This document shows positions 37,710 to 47,678 of a DNA stretch of 64,000 nucleotides, piece after piece (within the stretch, counting starts at the first letter, position 1; every line of letters begins with the position of its first letter). Location of the stretch: contig NC_059437.1 of the NCBI RefSeq assembly GCF_021028975.2, positions 22,816,001 to 22,880,000 on the forward strand, given 5' to 3'. The notes beneath the pieces are model-generated. The model saw only the letters and a list, made by a program, of their open reading frames with translations. It had not been told where the DNA came from and made no database searches. The translations under genes and the position numbers were made by a program. The stretch is from Sphaerodactylus townsendi (Eukaryota).

Positions 37710-39280
37710 CCACAGCATAACAAGAACATTTCAGAAGAAAATCATCTTATGTTTCATAGATTATAGCAAAGTATTTGACTTTGTGGATCATGAAAATAAC
37801 TATTTTAAAAGAACAGTGCCACAACATCCAATTGTTTTGATGCACAACCTATACTCTGGACAAGAATGCATTTAGATTAGAGTAACAACTACATAAGATT
37901 GTATTCAATCTTATGTGAATAGAATCTGGAGAAAAAGAATGGTTTCCAATTGGCAAAGGTGTCTGACAAGAATGTATTTATCATAAGGAAACCTGGATTA
38001 AATTTAAACAAGGATAGGGTGAAAATTGGTGGAAGGAACATTAACAATTTGAGATATGCAGATGACATCACATTACTGGCATAAAATAGTGAAGTCTTGA
38101 AACAACTACTGATAAAGGTTGAAACAGAAAGTGCCAAAGCAGGATAGAAGTCAGACGTGAAGAAAACAAAAATACCGACTACTGAGGAATTATACAGTTT
38201 TATAAGGCTGATGATGAAGAAACTGAAATTTTTAAGCGTTTTCTATTCATTGGCTCCAAAAGGGACACCAAGAAATCAGGAGAAGACTGAGACGGAGAAG
38301 GGCAGCCATGAAGGAGCTAGAAAAGATCCTTAAGTGTAAGGCTGTGTTGCTAGGAGCCAAGATCAAGATAATTCATACCATAGAACACTGGTGGCGAATC
38401 TATGGCACGGGTGCCAGAGGTGGCACTCAGAGCCCTCTCTGTGGGTACACACAAGCAGAGTTTGTCTCGTGGGGGGAAATCGCCCCCCCCCACACACACC
38501 TAGGCTGGCCTGGGCCGCTGGGCTCGATTATTAGCATTAAACCTAAGACCTAGTTTTGGGGAAGCAGTGTAGGTAACCCTGTTAAGCGCTGTTAAACCCC
38601 ACTGATGTTCATGTGAAGAACTAAAGCGTGATCCTTTACCTGGGAGTAAGCTCAGTTGCTGCCAATGGGACTTGCTTCTGAGTAAACTCTCCTAGGGTCG
38701 TGATTCACCCGCTCGAAGAGTTGCACGGTTGCTTCAAAGCAAAGCCACCGACTACCACCAAGCTTACTCCTGAGTAACACACGCCTCAGCCAACTGTTTT
38801 TTCTGAACTAAAACCTCAGTATTCTGGTTAAATTGCTATGTTGGCACTTTGCGATAAATAAGTGGGTTTTGGGTTGCAATTTGGGCACTTGGTCTCGAAA
38901 AGGTTCGCCATCACTGCCATAGAATTTCCTTCCCATTACTATGTATAAAAGTTGGACGGTGAAGAAAGCTGACCTAAAAAGTGGATTCATTTGAAATGTG
39001 CTAGGAGGAGAGTGTTAGGATACTGTGGGCCACCAAAAAGACAAAGAAGCAAGTGCTAGATTAAATCATGCTGGAACTGTCCTTGGAAGCTAAAATGACT
39101 AGACTGAGGCTATAACGCTTTGGTCACATTACCAGACCAGAATCACTGGAGAAGGCACTAACGCTGGAAATAGCTGAAGGCAACAGAATAAGACTGAAGG
39201 TGAGATGGACTGACTCAATAATGAACCCACAACCTTCAGTTTACAAGACGTGAGCAAGGCTGTTACATCAGAAGGAAGTC
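37710..39280 (+). mobile_element. RTE-BovB-like LINE 3' fragment (decayed reverse transcriptase)
   Basis: Remnant RT motifs CFIDYSKxFD, EWFPIGKGV and IGGRNINNLRYADDITLL, with stops; interrupted by the hAT MITE. Confidence 0.85.
38386..38916 (-). mobile_element. Second copy of the same hAT MITE, nested in an RTE LINE
   Basis: Reverse-complement similarity to 6746-7337; 8-bp TSD CCATAGAA on both sides. Confidence 0.92.
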
Positions 39281-39819
39281 AAGGGCACTAAACACATGCA
39301 CAACTGTACAGAGTTGCATTTAGCCTGCTTACACTACCGCTGCAGTGGTTGTTTATGGGCACAATGGCCATTCTAGTCTTAATTAGCAATGGAGAGTGAA
39401 TTTATTGGGGAAAAACTGAGCTATATTTTAATAACACTGCTCCACCCAGGAAAAAACAGTAGTTCAACTTTCGACTGCAAATGAACTCTTGTGGGTGAAA
39501 CGGGGGCTCAAACGACAGCTCTGCCTTGCGCAAATCACCAGGTGCACGGGGCTGATTCTTCTTGCTGTTCAGAGGATTGTGGCTAAAGCTGATTCCACAC
39601 ATGCTAACTCGGCAGCAAGTCCCACTGCAATTAATTTGGGGCCACAAAGTTGGAGCTGCCAAGATCCCGCTACAAAACTCAGCTACCAAATCGCTCTCTA
39701 CCCTTAGGCAAGCCACAAATTGCAACACTTACTATACAGGGAGTACTGGATTCGTTCACACGCTTTACCAGCTACTCCTTCCCCCCGCCTGGCCTTCTTT
39801 TGTTCTGGCCTGAAAACTC

Positions 39820-40560
39820 CAAGGCGCGCGCACAAACATCCCCCCCCCCCCGCAAACTGCCATGCGCGCCAATGGCGCAGTATTAATAGCAACGATGCAA
39901 GCTCTTGCAAAGCTTTATAGGAGTGGAAAGAATTCTTCTGTCACACAACGCCCGGGATCTTGCACCCCTTAAAGTCACCAGCCCCGACGATCCCATCGCC
40001 CTCCTCCTTGCAGCCCACCCACTCCAAGGGATGCGGGCGGCCGCTTCTCACCCGGCCCGTAGAACTTCCTGCCGCGGCTCACGTCGAAGACTTTCCCGTT
40101 GATGCCCATCAGGATGCGCGGGTTCTGGACACCGTCGTAGGGGCGCAGCTCGGCCAGCGTGAAGTCGCGGCGCTTGAGCTTGGGCAGCGGAGGGGGCTCT
40201 TCCTCGCCGTCGGGCTGGGCCCGGGGCCGGTCGCCGCGGATGATCTGGTAGAGCAGGAAGAGGCAGAGGCCCAGCAAGCTGAGGTTGAGCGGGGAGCTGA
40301 CGAGCTCCATCAGCAGCCCCGGGCTGCTGCCCTCGGCCGTCTCGCCCGCCACGTCTTCGTGCGCCATGATGGGTCTCTGCGAGAAATCCCAGTCCGCGCT
40401 CGGTGCAAAAGTCCGGGCCCAGCAACCCTGTGAAGGAGGGCGGGGAAGCTATGCTGGGCGGGGACTGGGAGGGGGCGGCGCCAGAGGTGATCTCTGGCAG
40501 CGCGGGGAACCTGCTCTCTCGCGGTGGGGCGGGTCTGGTTGTGTGGTTGGGGTCAATCAA
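39820..40560 (-). promoter_or_regulatory. CpG island / promoter of PGRMC1
   Basis: CpG-dense block spanning exon 1, with several GGGCGG boxes at 40438-40535. Confidence 0.8.
40052..40367 (-). CDS. PGRMC1: Progesterone receptor membrane component 1, exon 1
   Basis: [13 protein letters not shown]...[22 protein letters not shown]...[48 protein letters not shown]: transmembrane helix plus the start of the cytochrome b5-like domain. Donor G|GTGAGA. Confidence 0.97.
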
Positions 40561-41490
40561 TCAGGCTTAATAAATAGTTAAAAAAGCACAGCAGGAGAAA
40601 GACTGATAAGATCATCCATACACAAAGCAGTGAAAAATTGCTGCTGGTTTTGGATAATTTCCAAAAGGAAATCTGCCACTGTCACACAAAAGGAAAGATC
40701 TGGATTGTCCAGCCAGTAAAGTAATCGTGTTGGTGGGATCGTGGCTGCGTGCTAAGTGTGCGGGTCCGCAAGGCCCCTGACAACACAAACTAGACGTGCT
40801 GCTGTGAGCGCCGCCTGCACGTTTCTTGATAACATTGGAATTTAACATGATTATGTGTCATGCTGCATTAATATATCTTGCATTGAGTGGCTTAATTTGC
40901 AACTGTTTTCTTTGCAGACTCTCGTGTGCATCTGATGATACCGAGCCCCGAACTGGAACAAATGCTGTCCGCTTTGAAAGTAAGGCTGAGCGCCAGCTAT
41001 GCTGTGTATCGAAGTGTATAATGCCAGTCAGTAGCTGCCTCTAAAGACGTGGTCTCCAAAGTTTGTGCTGTAATTTTTTTGGGTGGGCGTGTGCCACAAA
41101 GTTTGTTTGTTTTTTAAATTAGGACTAATTGTCACAAAGGGGAGGAGTCTGAACTATGTACAAGTTCCTATGTACACAAACTATGTACACAAACCCTCAG
41201 ATCCAAAACTAAGATTTTTCAGGGCGTGATGGGAAAATTTAAAGCCTACAGTTTGCTGCCTTGGGAGGCATTGTCGCTCTAATTATGGGGCTGGATGCAA
41301 AACATTTAATATTGCTCTAAAAAAATGGGACAGAGAAACAAAGAAAGACAAAAACCCAGAAGCCATCCTTTTGGAAACAGCAGTGGTGGAAGGGAAAAAT
41401 TCCTGGGACTTTCAGAGGATAGTTGAAATTTAACTTCACTAGGTCTTAGAGACCAAAAGATTTTCAAGGTGTAAGCTTTTGAGAGTCAAA

Positions 41491-41631
41491 GGCCCCTTCC
41501 GCACACGCAAAATAATGCGTTTTCAAACCACTTTCACAACTGTTTGCAAGTGGATTTTGCCATTCCGCACAGCTTCAAAGAGCACTGAAAGCAGTTTGAA
41601 AGTGCATTATTCTGCATGTGTGCAATGAGCC
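41491..41631 (-). mobile_element. ~140-bp short interspersed repeat (second copy at 63043-63185)
   Basis: Near-identical to the reverse complement of 63043-63185; imperfect termini GGCTCATTCCGCACA / TGTGCGGAAGGGGCC. Confidence 0.85.
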
Positions 41632-42344
41632 AAAGTTTCTAAGGACCTGATGAATGAAGCTTTGACTTTGCAAATCTTGGTGGTCTAAAGTGCTAATGGA
41701 CTTGAATCGAGTTGTCCTACAGGGCTGGAATTCTAGGCTGCCAAACCAAGGTAGAAGATAATGCTGTGTTTTATTTTTATGAATCAAGCGTAAAGAAAAG
41801 TTACTTCCATCGGATGCTGAACTGGAGCATAATTAGCGGTAATCTGTTTGCTTTTCATAATTATATTCCACTTTTCCTCCAAGGTTATCCAGTAAGCAAG
41901 TTTAATTGCTAACAGGAATTCAAACCCAGGTTGCCCCAAGTCTGTACTTCTGGTTCCTTTGGCATCTGAAAGATTATTTAGGGTTGTCATGTATGTAATT
42001 TTGATTATTAATTACATGTGCATTAGTTGAAACCTTATTCATTTGCATGCAAATAAAACAATACATTTGAAGCAAAAGTGGCCCTTATTTCCATCATACA
42101 CCCAGTGGTGAGACTAAAAAAAACAACTGGTTCTGGTGGTGGGATTCAAATAATTTAACAACTGCTTGTTTACAAGTACCATTTTAACAACCAGCTCTGC
42201 CGAAGTGGTGCGAACCTGCTGAATCCCAACCAGGGGCGAATCTAGGCAAACTAGAGCCCAGGGACAAAATCTGAGTTTGGTGCCCCCCCACCCCAGGTAT
42301 GGACGACCACCCTCCCCCACAATGACCAAACAATGATTTTTTGC

Positions 42345-43403
42345 ACAGGCTCACAAAACACCTCCCACCACCAGCAAAACATACATGGCTTTCTCCCCAC
42401 CAACTCTTTCCTAATTGTGTCCTCACACCAACCCTATGAGGTAGGTTGTTAGCCTGAGAAACAGCTCCAAGCCAGTGCAAGTGGGAATTAACTTTTAAGC
42501 ATGTAAATCTCTCACAAGTCACCCCCCATCTGAAGGTTTACCAAGCAAACATCAGCATCATCTCTCACAAATCACCTCCTACCCCCAGCAAAACAGGCAT
42601 GGGTTTCTCTCCCCACCACTTTCCCTAATTGTGTCTTCACACCAACCTCTGTGAGGTAGGCTGCTAGCCTGAGAAACAGCTCCAAAGCCAGTGCATGGGG
42701 AATTCTCAACTTTTAAGCATGTAAAATCTCTCACAAGTCACCCCCCCCCCATCTGAAGGTTTACCAAGCATCTCTCACAAATCACCTCCTACCCCCAGCA
42801 AAACAGGCATGGCTCTCTCCCCACCACTTTCCTAATTGTGTCCTCACACCAACCCTGTGAGGTAGGCTGCTAGCCTGAGAAACAGCTCCAAGCCAGTGCA
42901 TGGGGAATTAACTTTTAAGCATGTAAATCTCTCACAAGTCACCCCCCCATCTGAAGGTTTACCAAGCATCATCTCTCACAAATCACCTCCTACCCCCAGC
43001 AAAACAGGCATGGCTCTCTCCCCACCACTTTCCTAATTGTGTCCTCACACCAACCCTGTGAGGTAGGCTGCTAGCCTGAGAAACAGCTCCAAGCCAGTGC
43101 ATGGGGAATTAACTTTTAAGCATGTAAATCTCTCTGCCAAGTCCCCACCCCCCCCCCATCCTGAAGGTTTACCAAGCAGAACATCAGCATCATCTCTCAA
43201 AAATCCCCTCCTCCCCCAAGCAAAACAGGCATGGCTCTCTCCCACCACTTTCCTAATTGTGTCCTCACACCAACCCTGTGAGGTAGGCTGCTAGCCTGAG
43301 AAACAGCTCCAAGCCAGTGCATGGGGAATTAACTTTTAAGCATGTAAATCTCTCACAAGTCACCCCCCATCTGAAGGTTTACCAAGCAAACGTCAGCATC
43401 ATC
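42345..43403. repeat. Tandem array of ~200-220-bp units (about 5 copies) containing a SINE-derived segment
   Basis: The anchor C(C/T)TCACACCAACC..TGAGGTAGG recurs at 42421, 42635, 42842, 43043 and 43263. Confidence 0.92.
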
Positions 43404-44051
43404 TTCTGTTCTGCTGCTGCTTCTGGGCTCCCTGCTCAGCTTGCCTTTTCCTGTGCCTGCCAGTGCCTGGCTGCTGGGGAGAAGGCTTCTGAGAAATGCC
43501 ACACTTAATTTAAGGCGAATAAGGCATGCTGGGTTAGAGGGAGGGGAGGCGGAGCTCCCCAGTCCTGCTCCTGGGGGCCCAGTGGGACTTCTCCCCCGCC
43601 CCCTGGACACTCCAGGCCACCGTACAGAGCGGGCGGGGCTACAACAGGCATTGGGAGCAGTCACCTGCTTTTTAGGGCTTGCTCAATCCCTCACTCTGTA
43701 GAAGGATGTTTTGGCGCCCCCCACGTGACCTCAATCGATGCGCCCGGGGACAAGGGGTACCCCATGTCCCTAGGCAGGAACGCCAGTGCCCTGGGGACAG
43801 TGGGATTTGGGGAAGAGAGGAGGGTATCTCAGCAGGGTATAATACTAGAGTCTGCCCTCCAAAACGGCTCTTCCCCTAGGGGACTGATCTCTCTCTAGTC
43901 TGGTTGTAATTTGGGGAGATCTGATTTCAGGCCTCACCTGAAGAGTGGCAACTCTAGACCTAAGGTGGTAGACAGGAGGGCCCCATTTCAGGCTACTGGT
44001 ACAGGATCCCGTTTTTAAAAACTCCTCTATATTTTAAATAATAATCTCTAT

Positions 44052-44171
44052 CTTCCCTTCTGTGCTAGTTTTCTATTTTTGTGGAGGTTTTTAATGCCAA
44101 AACAACATTCAGAACTGGAATCCATTACCAGTACTCTGAAACAATACATCCATTCTTGCCATCTTGTTCAG
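44052..44171 (-). pseudogene. Exon remnant of the PALB2-like pseudogene (penultimate exon)
   Basis: After one frameshift it reads [19 protein letters not shown]...AQKGR, versus PALB2 FQLIVINPKTTLSVGVMLY...GQAGR. It ends at AG|ATAGAG, an apparent GT-to-AT dead donor in phase 2. Confidence 0.55.
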
Positions 44172-44226
44172 CTACATGCGAGAATGAGGTGGCCTTATGC
44201 AGGAGAATTGGGAGGCAAAGTCCTGA

Positions 44227-44830
44227 TGTTACCGCGCTGCTCAGGGTAACACTTTCCTTACTCAGAAGTATCCCGCTCTCGGCAGCGCCCAGGAACCCAA
44301 GCAAGACCCGACACGGCTCGGATAAAATAAAAGTGATTTATTGAGATGCTGACCTAAGTGTCAGCACCTCCGCTCCACACAACGACTGCGCTGCCTAGCA
44401 GCCTTACAACCCCTTAAGTACACTTTCTCCCGTCGGGAGCCCGGGAGACTCAAAGACAGCCCACCACCATTCATTAACAGAATTCCAAACAACCAATCAT
44501 TCATTTGCAACATGCAGGAACCAATCAGAGTTCGATAAGCATTCCCTTCTTTTGAGTTTTCAAGGCCAGAGTAGGGTGAGGCGATGACAGTGTCCACTGG
44601 CGGGAAAACACGAAAGGTTTCCCCCAGGTGTTCGGGGTCAGGAAGCAGAGGGGTGATGACGAGAGCTTCCTCTTATCTGCCTGCTGGTAGCGGGATTAGG
44701 AGCCAGGGCGCAGGCGGTAGTCGACTGAGGTCTTCCTTTGTCCGCGTGCATCAGGAACGTGAATAGGATGTGCCCAGGTGGAGCGGAGATGGCTCGCTGC
44801 CTTGGGCTAAGGAGGTTCCATACAGTCACA
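44227..44830 (-). mobile_element. Candidate solo LTR (~600 bp)
   Basis: TGTTAC...GTCACA termini, CpG-rich, two CCAATCA boxes, TATA-like GTACTTAAGGGG and AATAAA on the minus strand. No matching TSD found. Confidence 0.5.
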
Positions 44831-45064
44831 AATACAAAGAAACTTACAAATCTTATTTCACTATCTAATACATGTAATTTCTATCTAGCTAGCACAGAGA
44901 ACAGGACAGTTTATAAACCTTAATTCGAACACAGTCCAGAAGTGGAGGAATTTCACTTCTGGCTCCGCTATCACTGAGGTGTTCTTGATATCATTAATGT
45001 ATTGAATCAAATGCTGAAAACACTTCAATGGGTAGCATTTTACAGTATAAAGAAAAAAGACAGA

Positions 45065-45274
45065 GTATTGTTGAAGGCTTTCACGGTTGGACTCAACTGG
45101 TTGTTGTGGGCTTTCTGGGCTGTGTGGCCGTGGTCTGGTAGATCTTGTTCCTAATGTTTCGCCTGCTTCTCTCTGTGATAGACCTCTGAAGATGCCAGCC
45201 ACAGATGCAGGCGAAATGTTAGGAACAAGATCTACCAGACCACGGCCACACAGCCTGGAAAGCCCACAACAACC
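45065..45274. mobile_element. Penelope-like inverted terminal-repeat remnant
   Basis: Two opposed copies forming a hairpin; 12-bp flanking duplication AAAAAAGACAGA. Confidence 0.8.
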
Positions 45275-45582
45275 AAAAAAGACAGATTCCCCCCCCCCCC
45301 CCGCCCTCTGCCTTTTCTGTCTCAAGTGAGAGAGGTTAGAGGGAAAGAAGAGGTCAGGGTCACATTGGTTTGATTACTATGTGTGTGGACATTTTGGCTT
45401 CTTCTCAAGTGTCCCTTGAAGACAGCTCCATGTTTTCCAATAATGAAAACTTGTGTTACTGTCACTTTAAAACCAGGCACAAATCCGGAAAAGGTGAGGA
45501 CTTTTGCTCAGTTAAAGAAAGTAGAGGAGGAGCAAGGTGATAGTGGCAGCTGTACGTGCCCTAAATAAATGAAGGCCTAAAG

Positions 45583-45912
45583 CAACCTCCCTCAAATCTG
45601 TTCTTGAGGATGTCTTGCCCTACACAGCATGACAGGGAGGACAAATGCTAGAGGTAGGTGCCATCCCCATGTTTTAGATGGATATCTGAAGCTCCTGGAA
45701 ACCTTGGTGGGGCTGGGTCAGCCTGTTATAATAATATGAGTTCCCATCAACCTTCCTCAAATCTTTTCTTGAGGATGTCTTGTTCCACAGAACGTGATAA
45801 GGAGGACAAATACTTGATATGGGTGACATGCCCATGTCTTTAGATGGATATCTGAAGCTCCTGGAAACCTTGGTGGGGCTGGGTCAGCCTATTATAACAA
45901 CATGAATCCATC
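45583..45912. repeat. Two-copy tandem duplication of ~165 bp
   Basis: CAACC..CCTCAAATCT..TCTTGAGGATGTCTTG starts at 45583 and at 45748. Confidence 0.88.
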
Positions 45913-45954
45913 ACCCACACACTATTGCTTCTATGGAAAACACTAGTGACTTAC

Positions 45955-46114
45955 TCCCAACAATAATGTCTGACATGCAAAAATGGTCCAGTCCTCTGTG
46001 AAACGATGTAGTGTGCAGCCAGCCATTTTGACATTTTAGGAGGTTTTTTTCAGCGTTTGGACAGGAAACTAACTGGGAACTCAATTGTGCTGCTTTGAAC
46101 TCCATACTTTCGAA
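45955..46114 (-). pseudogene. Best-preserved exon remnant of the PALB2-like pseudogene (53 open codons)
   Basis: ACAG|TTC... FESMEFKAAQLSSQLVSCPNAEKNLLKCQNGWLHTTSFHRGLDHFCMSDIIVG, strong donor GA|GTAAGT. Resembles PALB2 [31 protein letters not shown]. Confidence 0.55.
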
Positions 46115-47372
46115 CTGTTTTCATAGGATTAGTTCTCTTCAGCAAAAAGAATAAATACCATTTAGGCATTCATAACAAACCACAGAATACAGCAAGCAGT
46201 ATAAAACCTTCATTAGTGCATGATTTTGTTGCAGTCAGGAGAGGCCTTTGTCAGGAACTGTTGTTATAACAATAGAGGGATTACAAGCATGTCCCTGTTT
46301 TCATCTGTGAAATGCTGCCAAGTAGGTAAGAGGTGAGGTGGTGACAACCCAGAGGTTTTTTTCAGTAGAAGCATCATGCCATTGTAACCTCTATCTGTGG
46401 GTTCTGTGGGGCAGAACTTGGAATGAGTTTGCAACAACAATTTTTAAAAACAAAATGGTTTACTTTCTTAACACATAACATACAACATCAACATTTAACA
46501 TCACATTTCAAGGTCCTGTTCAGGTTGCATTTTCAAGTCCTTCTAGTTACAGTCTACTGATACTGCCAAGTCCAATTCTTCTTTGCAAGTGGGTTGGCTC
46601 CTGAAGACTCCAAGGGCTTGATGAACAGGATTCAACACGATGAAGGTTTCCAGGAGAACTCTCACCCATTACAACCACAAAAACCGTGAAACAATGAACT
46701 CCAACATTTACAACATAGCAAAAACAAACAACTACCTTCCCAGTAGTTCCCAGCAACATTGCAGTTACCTTAACAAGGTGTTAAGGGCTCAGACAAATCA
46801 AGATCCGAGTCTGGTAGCCTTGTCTCCTCCAAACTACATGAGATCTGCAGCCTCTTGCTGCTTTGAGTCTCCACCCCTTACTGGGTCAACCCATTCTGAG
46901 CATGGGGGTTACACCATCTCCTTTGAGGCTTATGGACTTTACTATCTGTTAGCCAATAGCCACCAGGCCAAAACATCTTTTTAACCCATGCTTTTAACTG
47001 AGGGTTTTCCATCCTTCAGGTGTGCCCTGAAGTTCTCCCAGATTTACAACTGACTTCCAGATTATAAAGATCAGTTTCTGCCCTGAATCTTCAAGAATTT
47101 TCCTAGCCATAGTTGGCAAATCCTACTTTTAGCTTTTAAGTGTTTTTTAACCTAAGGACTCTTTTATAGTTACAATTTTAGTCTGCTTAATGTTCTGTGT
47201 TGATTTTATGCTTGGGCTTGTTGTTATGGTCTATTTTGTTGCTTTTATGGTTTATTCTGTTGGTTTTATGATTTTATAGTATTGTGAGCTCCCTCAAGCA
47301 GGTCCCCGGAGATGTGATATATATATTTTCTAAATAAATAAATAGGGTTTATGGGGTTGCAACCCTGTAGTT

Positions 47373-47678
47373 CTGCAGTTCTCAACTTTTTTGTACCTGT
47401 GGGCACCTTTGAAATTCTGACACACTGTGGTAGGTGCAGCCATAAAATGGCTGCCACAGAAGGTAGAGCCAGCCACAAAATGGCAGCCACAGCTTACCTT
47501 CAATCACACAGTGAAAATATTTGTGCTGTGGTTACTAAAGCTACTTAAACAAAAAACTACACAACCAATCAAATCTCCAGTGACAGTCAGAAACTTTGCT
47601 GGACCAAAGTCCCATCTGATCTCACGCACTTTCTAAAAACTCTTGATGGGTGCCAGGAAAGGTCCATGGGGACCCCTA
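47373..47678. mobile_element. Older hAT-type MITE truncating a pseudo-exon
   Basis: CTGCAGTTCTCAAC...GGGGACCCCT termini; repeated AAAATGGC motifs; degraded 8-bp TSD. Confidence 0.6.

Noticed and set aside
39960-40581. Antisense and alternative ORFs over PGRMC1 exon 1
   Set aside because: Explained by GC content and overlap with the true CDS.
42345-43403. CRISPR-like array
   Set aside because: Eukaryotic DNA; units are repeated in full without unique spacers, and there are no cas genes.
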